From: Podarcis pityusensis
Lineage: Eukaryota
Reading direction: 5' to 3' (one strand)
Length of the DNA: 64,000 bases
Assembly (NCBI GenBank): GCA_964106645.2
Contig: OZ067042.1
Part shown: positions 49,279 through 60,849 of the stretch, piece by piece
Layout: each line of letters begins with the position of its first letter
Position numbering within the stretch: the stretch's first letter is position 1
Notes under the pieces: model-generated
Told to the model about the DNA's origin: nothing
Database searches by the model: none
What the model saw: only the letters and a program-made list of their open reading frames with translations
Made by a program: the position numbers and the translations under genes

Positions 49279-52200
49279 CTACAGAAGGGGAGGAGAAACA
49301 CAAAATAACTCAAAATATAAAGAAGGCTCTGTGAATTCATCTCATTCATCTGAATGCAGGACAAACCTGTATAGTATATAAACTTGCCAGAATAGCCAGT
49401 AACAACACACTCTAGTTAGCTTTTCAGTATCAGAGACAATGTGGTGCTTCTGGCTGCTACAATTTGTCACATCACAGAAGTGCATGGGTTTATAAAGTGA
49501 TCTGTCAGAGCTCCCACCATTGTACATTACCATCATGGGTGTCCACAGGAGTTTTTCTGGGGCGGGGGCAAAGTAAACTTAAAGATGGGAATCAGGACTA
49601 GAGGTGGGACAATTGCCACCTCCACATGGACACCCATATTGCAAGACAAGCCTCAGGCAAGAGCAGCAAGAATGTGTCCTCGTTTCGTTACTATTAACTT
49701 AACCTTCCAGGTTAATAGTATCAAAATTCTCAGTTCCAATTTTAGATAGAGCAAGTCTACCCAGAAACCTTACAAAAACTAACCCTCGTTATTTCCTGGC
49801 CAAAGCTCTCCCACAGCGTTTGGAGAACTGCACTGAACATGAGAGAAGTTTGGGGAGGAAAACTGCGGGAGGAGGAAGGAAACAGAAGTCACTGACAATG
49901 TCAGTCATCAACAACCTAGGGAATCTGCTATGCTTCAAAGCATTTGCTGGAACTTCCATTTGCATCATTACGTAACCCATGAATGAGCCTTCATATATCA
50001 GCATAAAAGTCTAATGTTTTCAAAATCTGCTCTTTTAAATCCTTTTGACGTATTAATAGCACCCCACTCCTATTACAATAGCAAATGTTTAGGATCTCCT
50101 TTATATTAAGATCAAGTTTAAAGTACTAGACAGTGCTACTGACCTAAACATAGAGCTTCAAGCCCAATAAAACAACCACATTAAAACATTAACTTGTCAT
50201 GATCACTGGAAAAAGTGATCAGAGTAGAAAAAGCCTTGTCTTTCTTGTCCTGTCCCATTTTTCTTTTCATAACATTAGATGCTATTGCCAAAATAAGTCT
50301 ATAATGATTCAGTGTCAAGGTAATTATATTCTGAGCTCAGCATTTGAGCCAAAGCGACAGCATGACTCAGGATTAACACTGATGGTTCCAGTCATGCAAG
50401 AATTAATGGCTTTATAGATTAAGCCCTATCAGATTTATCACACTTAAAAATTATAAATCTGTAAGGATATGAGTCAGCCAAAGTTAAGCATACTTATATC
50501 TCACTGGTTTCAATGGAACATGCTTACATACTTCTCATTAAAATCTAAGTGGGGTTTTTTTTTCCTAAGTCTAGAGAGTTTGCTCTCTCCTGGGTGGGGT
50601 GGCAGTGCTATTTGGATATTCAATCAGAGCTTTAAAAATATATAATCTTTGGATTTTTTTTTCACATTCCCTATTTTATTTCATAAAAAATACATTTCTA
50701 TGTAAATAAGGTCAAGCCTGAAGAAAAATACGTGTGCCGTTTTCACAACAATTTTTGTTAAAATCATACCAAAAGCAGCAGTTTTTGCTGTGGGATGAAT
50801 TAAGACTATGAAGGAAATCAATTTCAAAGGAAAGGGTATTGTTGCTTTGACCTCACATATTTTTTAATTTCTGCTATTCTTCCACCTTCCCATATTTAAC
50901 CACAGTACTGTTGCCCAACTACTGTCTAGTATATTTTCCAGCCCAAGTGTTATATCCAAAAGTATATTACAGAAAAAAGTAACAAGGAAATTGTACTATG
51001 TCTTCACTTATGAAGACAATATTGATTTTGCACACTGTTATTGAAACCCATTTGAGATTGGAAAGAATTTACATTTTAAAATCTAGTAAACACTAAATTT
51101 TGGCCATTAAAACAGACATTAAAACAGTGATCAATCACAAACTCATGAGAGGGCTCGTAGCGCTGCTGGGGAGGTCATGCATTACATAAAGAAGGTTCCT
51201 TGGTATCTCCAGTTAAAAGATCTCCTCAAGTAGGACTTGAAAAGGCCACAGGCCAAGATTCTTGAGAGCAAATTTTAGTCGGAGGAGACAGTGGTGGATA
51301 AGATGGGCAAATGATTTGAGCCCACTAAAGATGCCTGCACAAATTGTCAGCCGTGTCAATCAGTCATGTGGCATTTTGCTTACCCGTTTATCAATGTCAT
51401 TGTGTTGGAGCTGGACAAAGCGAGCACTTATAGCAGCAATATAGCTCTGCTGATTGGAGAAAGCCACTCTACCAGCACCTTTTGGGTATTTCAGCTCTGG
51501 GTCCGTATCAATGCCAGCATAGCAGACTCCTCCATACAAACGATCCATAATCATTGCTAGTTCAACTGTAAAAGAATATTAAACTATAAAAGACCTATAC
51601 ATTCATTCAACTTCCAGTAGCTAATTTGTGACTTCTTGTTGTTTAGTTTTTTAGTCGTGCCCAGCTCTTGGTGACCCCATGGACCAGAGCACGCCAGGCA
51701 CTCCTGTTTTCCACTGCCTCCCGCAAATTTGTGACTAGTCTACATATATAAAAAACCAAAATTCTTGATAGTTATAGCCCCAAGTAATCTAAAACAGTAA
51801 ATGGAAATGATTGACCGTGTAAAAGACAAAAATCCTAAAAAAGCAAACAAAGCCAAATGCAACAGAAAACAAACTTCATAAACCAAGACAAACGGAATAC
51901 CAGAAATGTAAACAAGTTCTTACCAGTTACCTATCTATGACAGTCAACTGATTACACTTTTAAAATGAATTGTTTTATATTTCACTGTTTAAAATGCAGA
52001 GCAGTCAGTATCTCAACGCAAGTGGTTTTTCAAGAAACATTTAATGAAGATAGTTCGTTAGACTGACATAATACTGTATAATATGTAGTTTGTTCTTTAA
52101 TCTTGCTGCTTAAGGGGGAAAAACACATCGAAGTCCTTGCCAATTTGAAATATAATGAAAAGCTCTAGAGACTATTACTGCATCATTCCTTAAACATTTC

Positions 52201-54852
52201 GTTGGTCATGGTTTTGGTAACCATTAAACATATTCACTCACCAGCTCTGAGGGGTCGTGGGACTCCTCCAACAAAAATAGTTTTTCTGGGGTCTAAAGGT
52301 TGAGAGCCATCCATTACAAAGTCACTGTCACTTAAGTTCCAAGGTCGAATTTGCACCTGAAAAAGCCAAAAGATTAGCTTCATTTTAAACTTATATTTTG
52401 AAAGCAACAAAAGTCAAGGGACAACTTTAATCCTTTCCCATTTCTAATAGTTAGCAGTATAACCAAAGTTAATTCCATATAAATACAAATCAATGAAGAT
52501 GGGATGTTCTAGAATTTATCAGAACAGATATGCTGCACTGAAGCACCATCATAAAAGCATCAACTTCTGCAGCTATGCAAAAAGAATGCAGGCAGCAGGC
52601 TTGCCCCTAACCAGTGCTGTATCTCCTTGGTGCTCACTACCACCTTTGTCTATCAAACTGGCCTGTTAATATTGCAGGTACAAAGTAAGCTAGAAAACCT
52701 CCATTAGGATTCCCAAATACATCATCTAGATTTCAAATATGTTCAGATATTCCCAAACACTGGTTGTCTTACATGTGACAGCTAAACTGACCAAAAATAA
52801 AATAAAAAGCATGGTATCCAGTCAACTCTTGGGTTCCATCCAGGCATAGCAAATCATGCTAATTTGACTTGCCAGCGAAAAACGTTGTGTAAACTTAAAA
52901 TCAGGGTGTTCATCACGGAATGGAACATTGTTAGGGGTTAGTAAACTGGTGAGCAGCACATACAGAGCTTCTTGCAGAGATAAAATGCAGTATAAGAACA
53001 AGATATGTATATGTTATTTTAACAATGTTGCCAAAGAAAATATTTGCTTCGTACATAAAAATCTAGTCTGCTCACTCATATCTCTTATAAACTTAATAAA
53101 AGGAAATCATTTCATGCAAAAAGTCTCAGTTGTATTTCTTCCATAATGAGTATAAATTCAGTTAAATGCCACATACACAGTCTCTGAATTTAATATTAAT
53201 TATGGTAATTTACTATTTTATTTACTGCCTCTAGAAATAAGGTTGAGCGATATTTTTTCACATAAATCTACAGCATTTCCTCCTATTTGCTTCTTTTAAT
53301 ACACAATCACACAGTAGAATACAGGCCAAGATTCATTTAATAAGCATTTCATACATTCTGAAAACAGAAGAAAAGGTGGTTGGTAGTGAACTTAATTCCT
53401 TTGCTTAGGCTAAGAGGATTGCCCAAACCGAAAGCATTTACGCTGTCCATTTAAGAAGCCAGATGGCTGAATTTGGGACAAAGTCTTTGAATTGTTTTGA
53501 ACCAAGCAATCAACAAAAAAGTCATTTTCATAAGCCTTACAAAGCCATGTGAACTTGGAGAAGGTGTTTATAATATCTGAATTTGTCACATCTATGCATT
53601 TTTTATCAAGTCAGAATTTTAAAATATTCTAATACCTGTTTGGTTTGTTTTAAAATTCTCTGCTGAGAGCACTCTCATCACCACACCTTCATTCATGCCA
53701 AAACCAAGTTCCCCTGAAGACCTTCTTTCTACTCATACAATCCTTACCCCATTTTAAAAGGAGGGAAATAGGGCAAGTTAGTTTCTCTTCAGAATCAAAC
53801 ATTGATCCCTAGTTCGTATTTTACTTCTCCCATTTAGCCACAGTGATGGGGTTGCTCCACGTCAGTTCGTGAATAGCGGCAAATACACCTGAGAGAATTT
53901 TGGAATAATTCCCAATTTGCATACTAGGTAATTAACATCGATCTGGTTCAGACACAGTTTTGCATTATACAAATGAGACTCAGGCTTATGTACACCTTTC
54001 ACTTCTTTTTTCAATTAACCCTGGTTCATCGTTAGGTCCAAACCTGAAACTGAACTATAATTTTGCAAAACAAATCAAGATCATAAGTAGTTTTATTTGA
54101 ACTATGGTTTAGGCAAACAAGACAAGTCAGTTTGTCTAGGTTCAGATACAAATAACCATGGCTTTTAAAAAATGGAAGCAAAAGTCTCACTGTGATCATA
54201 CTTATGGGGGTGGTGGCAGGAGCACACACAAACCAAAAGTCTGTTCACTAATGTTAGACTATATATTAAGACTGAATGATGCTATTAAGAAGAAAAATCA
54301 GCTCATGTGTTTTACCTATACACTGCCTTACACCATGACATATCATTCACTTGTGATATTTTACTTCAATGCAGTACTGCTAGATTGCCTTCAACTGTAC
54401 AGAATTCAGTACTGTTATGTCTGCAGCAATGGAACTTAAGCAAAATAAGGTTAATCGTTATTTGCAAGCTGAAACATCCCATACACAAACTGACTCACAA
54501 CCCAGTCAAAAGAGCCATATACTCTTGCACATAATTTCTTTTACATTGGAGTATCTACATTTCAAATGAAAGGAGCTAACCAGCACATGGAAAGGGATGC
54601 ACATAAAGAGTACATTAACACGCGTGATAAAGCTGCTTTGTGTGCTCACTAGAGCTCCCGTACATGGATCAGTTTGTTGGACCAGGGCATTAATCTATTA
54701 TACAATCTCAAAGGAAAGACTTTTGAATGCTAAATTGTTCTGACATTTACTGAAGTTTAACGTGGTCAATATATGCTAAAGCAATATGCCAGTATAACAG
54801 ACAAAATAACAGGACAGAGACAGCCATTTTTGCACAACAGTAGTTGACTTTC

Positions 54853-54900
<48 letters not shown>

Positions 54901-55220
54901 CGTATTTTTCGCTCTATAACACGCACCCGACCATAACACGCACGTAGTTTTTAGAGGAGGAAAATCCGTAGGCATGCCACCCGTAGGCATTCCCTCCATA
55001 ACACGCACAGACATTTCCCCTTACTTTCTAGGAGGAAAAAAGTGAGTGTTATGGTGCAAAAAATACGGTATTTTAAAAAGGTAGTATGTTGATTTACTTA
55101 CTGGTTTGTCCTTGATAGTGGGACTTGATACACATAGATAAAGTTTCCCATCCTCTTCCAGACAGGCATCTATTAGAGCTTGCACAGAGCTTTCTTCCTG
55201 GAATAGCAGAAAGGCATAAC
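49051..55220 (-). CDS. CPEB3: CPEB3 (cytoplasmic polyadenylation element-binding protein 3), last four coding exons: end of RRM1, RRM2 and ZZ zinc-binding domain
   Basis: Exons 55220-55102, 52356-52242, 51565-51384 and 49278-49051 join in frame. Paralog-diagnostic residues LIDACLEEDG and C-terminal GGDRPRHVPFRWS; convergent with BTAF1 as in known synteny. Confidence 0.97.
51384..51565 (-). CDS. CPEB3: CPEB3 exon (ELAMIMDRLYGGVCYAGIDTDPELKYPKGAGRV...DIDKR)
   Basis: AG/GTAAG boundaries; RRM2. Confidence 0.95.
51634..51725 (-). mobile_element. BovB (RTE) 3' end fragment
   Basis: Minus strand GGGAGGCAGTGGAAAACAGGAGTGCCTGGCGTGCTCTGGTCCATGGGGTCAC...CACGACTAA...ACAACAA; exact 11-bp TSD AATTTGTGACT. 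Confidence 0.85.
52242..52356 (-). CDS. CPEB3: CPEB3 exon (VQIRPWNLSDSDFVMDGSQPLDPRKTIFVGGVPRPLRA)
   Basis: AG/GTGAG boundaries; absent from the ORF track because it is short. Confidence 0.95.
54855..54899. repeat. (TA)n(CA)n microsatellite
   Basis: Read directly. Confidence 0.9.
54900..55068. mobile_element. Tc2/mariner-type MITE
   Basis: TIRs CCGTATTTTTCGCTCTATAACAC / GTGTTATGGTGCAAAAAATACGG; TA on the right, (TA)n(CA)n on the left. Confidence 0.85.
55102..55220 (-). CDS. CPEB3: CPEB3 exon (GYAFLLFQEESSVQALIDACLEEDGKLYLCVSSPTIKDKP)
   Basis: AG acceptor and GTAAG donor on the minus strand. Confidence 0.95.
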
Positions 55221-55577
55221 CTTGGAAGAGAACAAAATTACAAAACAGGAATAGAGTCAGAAGATATAAATTATTGTGGGAAAGCAATACATTTAAATAC
55301 ACAAATATTAAAATTAAAACATGGCATGGATTCTGTATGACAGATGTATCGTGGACACAGTTGATTCAAGGCACAATGTTGGTGTGGAAACAAGGCATAT
55401 ACAAACATTCCAGACTCGAACAGGGTCAATTGTTTTGTTTACACCTGACCTCCTAAGGCATTATTTGCATGAAGGCTTAGGATGGGGTTTAATGATTGCT
55501 GCATTTGCATAAATTCACAAGCAGAAATGTTATGTTGGGGCATAAGTAAAGTGGGCCTGATAACTGTAGAAAGAAAT

Positions 55578-55651
55578 TGTGTGTGTGTGCGCGCGCGTGT
55601 GTGCGTGTGCGCACGCATGCACGCACGCACGCACGCGCACACACACACACA
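55578..55651. repeat. Compound alternating purine-pyrimidine repeat (TG)n(CG)n...(GCAC)n(CA)n
   Basis: Read directly. Confidence 0.9.
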
Positions 55652-57434
55652 GAAGATGCCCCTGCTCATTTTACTGGCCTTCACCCTTCCACCACCCTCT
55701 TGCTCAACTGCCACAGACTCCACGCACTCGCCCATGCTACTGCACCTCTCCTCCCGCTCAACCCACTCGCTGCTGCACAACCAGCTTACTTGCCCACTCT
55801 GTTAAGGTAACTCTTAAGTTGTGTGCGCCAAAGCACTTGTATATGCAGCTGAATCAGCATTTTAGCACCCATACCCCCTGCAGTAAATATTAAGAGTGAC
55901 AGAAGACAGCAAGACTCTTGCTGGTTTTCCTCCATTTGTATCTCACCATTAGATATGATCCTATACAAACGATGAAATAGAACGGTTCCTACCACTTCAT
56001 AGGAAGAGGATCAGGCTAAAAGACAGACCACTCTCCATATATAAACAATAATTCTATGCTAAGCGAACACCTGAAAAGCCCTTCTTTTAAGTGTACCTAT
56101 GAGATATCTTGGATCCATAGCTAAATATTAATATTTGAATTGACTCAAACAGATAAAGATAAATAAAAAATAAGGTGTTTTTCTACTGGGAAACGGTAGA
56201 TTGAATTTGCAAATTCAGGAAATCTTTCTAAACTGTTAACAGCATATCAGAAATAGAACATATCGCTTATAGATATAAAATTTGTTCTGTGCACAGGCAC
56301 TGTTCAGAAATGTTTTACATAGAATTTCCTGTTCAAGACAGCTACTGCATTTGATCAGAATGGGGAAGAACACATTTAAACTCTATGACCATAGCTATTC
56401 AGCAAAAATACATTTAAATTGCAGACATTTGACACTTTGCAAAGTGTGTTAAAACTGTTCTTCAAGCTTTATAATGTCACCGCAGTGGGCTGCTCCCAAT
56501 TCCACTGCTGTAAAATGATATTTATTGAGATGGCATATAGGCCCCTCTTTATGAAAAACATGAGAAAAACATTTAGTATTTTATCCAAGCCATACCCAGA
56601 GTAAACCCACGGAAATCAGTGCATCTAAGTTAGTCCACATTTTTCAATTGGTCTACTCCGAATATAACTTACTTGAATACAGCCCTTAAGAAATGTAGGC
56701 AACTTTTTTTTTTTAATTAGTTACAATTAGCATAAATGGTCATTGCTCTAGAGTCAGGCATATTTTTTAACTTTATGCTTTGAACACTAATAAAATTGTA
56801 CTTCAAAATCCAAGGATGAAATCAAAAGTCAAAGAAGCTGATTTAAGAATACGAATCCAGAGATACTTAAAAAAAAATCTGCAGAGTTTCATTTAAAGCG
56901 TTGCTGTGCTGTGACTTGCTTTCCAAAAACATCAAAGGCATTAGCGCTAAAGAAATTGCAAAATAGAAGAGACTAATCTTACTTTAGCTACTGCAGAAGA
57001 GTGATATTGCATATTAGGCTATGAAGCTAGTTTCTTTAGGCAGTGGCAATGTACTGCAGTGCCAGCTGACTCATTCAACCAAGGAAATGGTGCATAAACA
57101 TTTCAGATGTGGGGGAAAAAATAGTTTTACAGCTTGATTCCTATGTAGTGCCCTCCTGTCACAAAGCCACAGGAAAACTGCCACATAAAAGACATTATTC
57201 CTTATTGCTATTGGACTTCTTCATATTAAAGCTTTAAACTAATTTGTGCAGCAGCAGCATCTCTGTATCACAAATACAGAAGCACTCTGTAAAGAATGAA
57301 AGTTAATCTATAAAAGGACGAATCAACACGGAGAGAGCATAATTCTTGCTAGGGATAAAGAAAATCTATTTTGCCTTAACACTCCACTGAAAACATGCAA
57401 GAAATTTGTGTCAACTGATCCATTTTCAATGAGC

Positions 57435-58085
57435 TTTGAAGAGCTGCCCCCGACACAACCGGGGTCAGGGTAAAAGGGTTTCCTGTCCAGGACTGGCAGG
57501 TCGGTGACAAGTGTGCACTGGGGAAAGGGGGGCTGGAGTCTGACTCAGGAGAGGCGGTCAATGACATGTGTGGTACTGCATAGGCCAGGGGGCAAGAGTT
57601 GAAAGCATGGGACTTTTCAGAGCTGGAGGGTGGAGCACAGGATGTGTTGGAAGAAGAGGGAGAAAAGGCAGGTCAGATAAGTGAAGGACTAGGTGCTTCC
57701 CCACCCTCTCCTGCACCACTGTCTCTCAGGAGGGGATTGAAAAGGGATTAGGAGAGGAAGCTTCCACGCAGCTGTAGCCTCTGTCAAGCAGCCCATCAGG
57801 GAAGGTAGATAAACTGGTAGAGGGGGAGTGGTCTGCTGTTGTGGCAGCTGCTCCATAGAGTGTGTAGGTATCCAGAGCTGTAGAAGCTGTAGAACAGGGG
57901 ATTAACCTCTGATGCTCAGAAAAAGCCATTTACTATACCAAGAGACTGAGAAGTTGTCAGCTCCTGGGAACTCAGATGGCCAGATTGAACCCAACATTGA
58001 GGGACCTACCAATCGGGTGTTGTGGCTGACCAATCTTACCCACCCACAACACAGGTGGTCGGTCTCCAGGTCTCACCGCAACATG
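57435..58085. mobile_element. GC/purine-rich insertion, probable solo-LTR-like repeat
   Basis: Abrupt compositional shift within an AT-rich intron, no coding signal; class not established. Confidence 0.35.
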
Positions 58086-58275
58086 TGCCCTCTTTTAGAG
58101 AGGACACAATTTATAGTAAGGTTTTGCAACTCTAAATTAATTTAGTGGTCATGGTTTGCATCATTATTTGGGAAAAAATATGAAGTTTCAATACAAAACT
58201 TTTAAGTCAGTGCTTTAAATTAGCCATTTTTCTTGTTGATTTAAATCATTAATTTGAGTTGCCTTGATTTAAATC

Positions 58276-58420
58276 CAGTGCTTTTTTCTGGGGGGATGCA
58301 GGGGTACACATACCCCTAAACATTTCGTGAATCTAAGTTTGGCCTTATTGAGGAGCAGTATTTCAATACGAGTAGGAAAATGAGAATACCCCTAAACATT
58401 TTTTAAGAAAAAAAAACCTG
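58276..58420. mobile_element. hAT-type MITE
   Basis: CAGTGCTTTTTT...AAAAAACCTG termini; exact 8-bp TSD TTTAAATC. Confidence 0.85.
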
Positions 58421-59584
58421 TTTAAATCAGTGCACCCAGCATTACAAACAACTGTTATAGTTTGGATATTCTTGGCTGGCCACTACATCTTTTTATGTAG
58501 AAATATCAATGCACACATATTCATATTACTGTTTTGATTACATTTTTCTCCTTAGCTTTATAAGGCAGCTCTTCTTTCAAAAAATCGCATCAACTTTAAA
58601 GCATCAGACTAAACTGCTAGTACAGTCCATAACAATTTGCAACAAAATGTAGACTAGGAACATACTAAAAAGTTCAGGTGCTATATTCAATTTTAAAATG
58701 GTATTTGTCGAAGTCAAATGAATGAGCAAACAACAACAAAGATTTCAATGAGGCAAGGATGAACTGTGTTACATTTAAGATAGTATGTAGTCTTTCATAG
58801 ACAAGACAAAAAACAAACCTAAAGTATGATTTAGATTTGGCACTTGCTAGCAATAGGTGGAATAACTTCCAGGTAAGAAAATTACATTTCTGTTTCTGTG
58901 AATGAAACACAATCAACCACTTCAGAAACCAGTTTAGCATTAACATAGTAAAATGAAGTTTTAGTTTGCATGCATACATACACACACATTTATATACATG
59001 AACATTCAGGATGAAGTTGAGGGGACAAATACAATCATCTATTTCATACTTAACTGAAGTTGAGTTGTGTGGTTTTAAAGATCTTATAATATGCAAATTG
59101 AAGGATACAGGCTTCTTCAAAACTCATTTTACCAATTTTGCATTTTTTTAAACAAAAAATTAAAACTCTGAAGCTTTTTGTCATCCAATCTATTTATGTT
59201 TTTATTTAGACAGTGCCACTTGCATACCTGGCACATGAAGTAGGGAGAAAGGCGACAGCAGGAAAGAGGATTATGTTTCACAGCATGTGCATTTGAAGAG
59301 TTCAGCTGCAGGTTAGCCAGTGGGGAAACCCTGCAGCAATCACATTTATTGTGCCTATGCCCCTTAAGATAACATTAGGAAAGAGCTTTGGTTAACCTAT
59401 TCCATTACTCTGCTTTCTTACCTAGACTAACTAATCAATCCAAATCTTTACTAAAACATACCTGACCAAGCTCTTATTTTATCATGCACTTATGCAAGTT
59501 ACTTTTATTGGCTGGTATCATTTTTGATGTTTTCTGTGCTTGCTATTTAATGTACCCAATTATATTTTCAAATGTATTTTTATG

Positions 59585-59820
59585 TGATGAAGCATAGTGG
59601 CTAAGAGATTGAATTCTGTATCAGGGCACCCCTGCTTCAAATCTTGCTTCTGCTGTAAACTTCCTAACTGCAACCCTCTCTCATCAAACTTCTCGCCATC
59701 TGCAATATGGGGGATAAGGACACTGATTTACCATATATAACTGTTGTATATACGATTACAACAGAATAATGCATATAAAGCATTTTAAACACACTATACA
59801 GATGTTAAATAATACTATTA
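59585..59820 (+). mobile_element. Old MIR/CORE-like SINE
   Basis: Degenerate A/B boxes (ATAGTGGCTAAGAG, GCTTCAAATC) and CORE-like CCATCTGCAATATGGGGATAA. Confidence 0.55.
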
Positions 59821-60043
59821 GGATTTTTACAGTATCTTCTATAGAGTCTCTTCTATGAATAATTGTGAGATACAAATTTTAAGTAATAGAACAGGCATTT
59901 CATAACTTAATAGGAAGCTTATGCACAAAATATTCAGAATTATCTCCATAACCACAAAATGCACTTTACTCAATTGTTTGCAACTAAATACTTTAATCTG
60001 AACAACTGCATCAACTAAGTTATACCTTTTATTAACTCTATAA

Positions 60044-60264
60044 CCATATTTTTCTGAGTACGATGATGTTTTTTGCTAAAAAAATAGTCAAAAATTGGGG
60101 GGGTGTCTTATACATTGGTGGTGAATGCACAGGGGTTCAAGTTTGAGTTCTGGTGTGGACGGCCCAAGCTCGAGTTTGGTCTCTGGCCCAATTTCTTAAT
60201 TCTGGGATTAAAAAAAGGGGGGTCGTCTTATATATGGGGGCGTCTTATACACAGAAAAATACGG
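60044..60264. mobile_element. Tc2/mariner-type MITE, degraded
   Basis: CCATATTTTTCTG...CAGAAAAATACGG-TA termini; internal GTCTTATA repeats. Confidence 0.75.
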
Positions 60265-60849
60265 TACTTTGCCATTTGCCCTGGACATACTGTACTGTAA
60301 TCCGTAGCAATATACAATACGCTCCAAGAATCTTCAAAACAACAAATGCTACTTCAGTTTTTCATAGAAGCAAAATCATGGATAGAACTAACACCCACAT
60401 CACACACAGTGCATTGCTTGGTATGGAGTATGGAGAATGTAAAATGCTATGTGAAAGCCATTTTTTGAATGTCTCAGAGACCAGAAATAGCAATCTCTTG
60501 TTCAAATATAGGGACTCAGCTTTAATTCCGAGAAGTCAGCTATGTGAAAACACTTATGTTCTTAGCACTCTAAGACTCTGTTTATTAACATAGTATGAAG
60601 ATGGTTGGCCTTTGCAATTACAGCTTTTTGATTTAATATTTAATCCACAGCATTACTGTTTAATAAGCAGCACACTTAGCTTAGGATACAAACCATAAGA
60701 ATACTTAAATGATTTGTGGTGATTGTTTAAATAACAGTAATTACATATACATTTGAGTGATGACTTTAAGGTATCATTGCCTAGTACCGTAATTGGCTCA
60801 GGAGTAAAACATCTCAGAGTAACAGTGCTCAACAACAAGTTAGAGGTCT

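Noticed and set aside
58674-59120. Minus ORF containing SAKSKSYF, resembling the upstream CPEB3 exon (AESKSYFPPK)
   Set aside because: Five-residue coincidence; no flanking DWPHK or PPK and no fitting splice sites. The real exon lies beyond the window.
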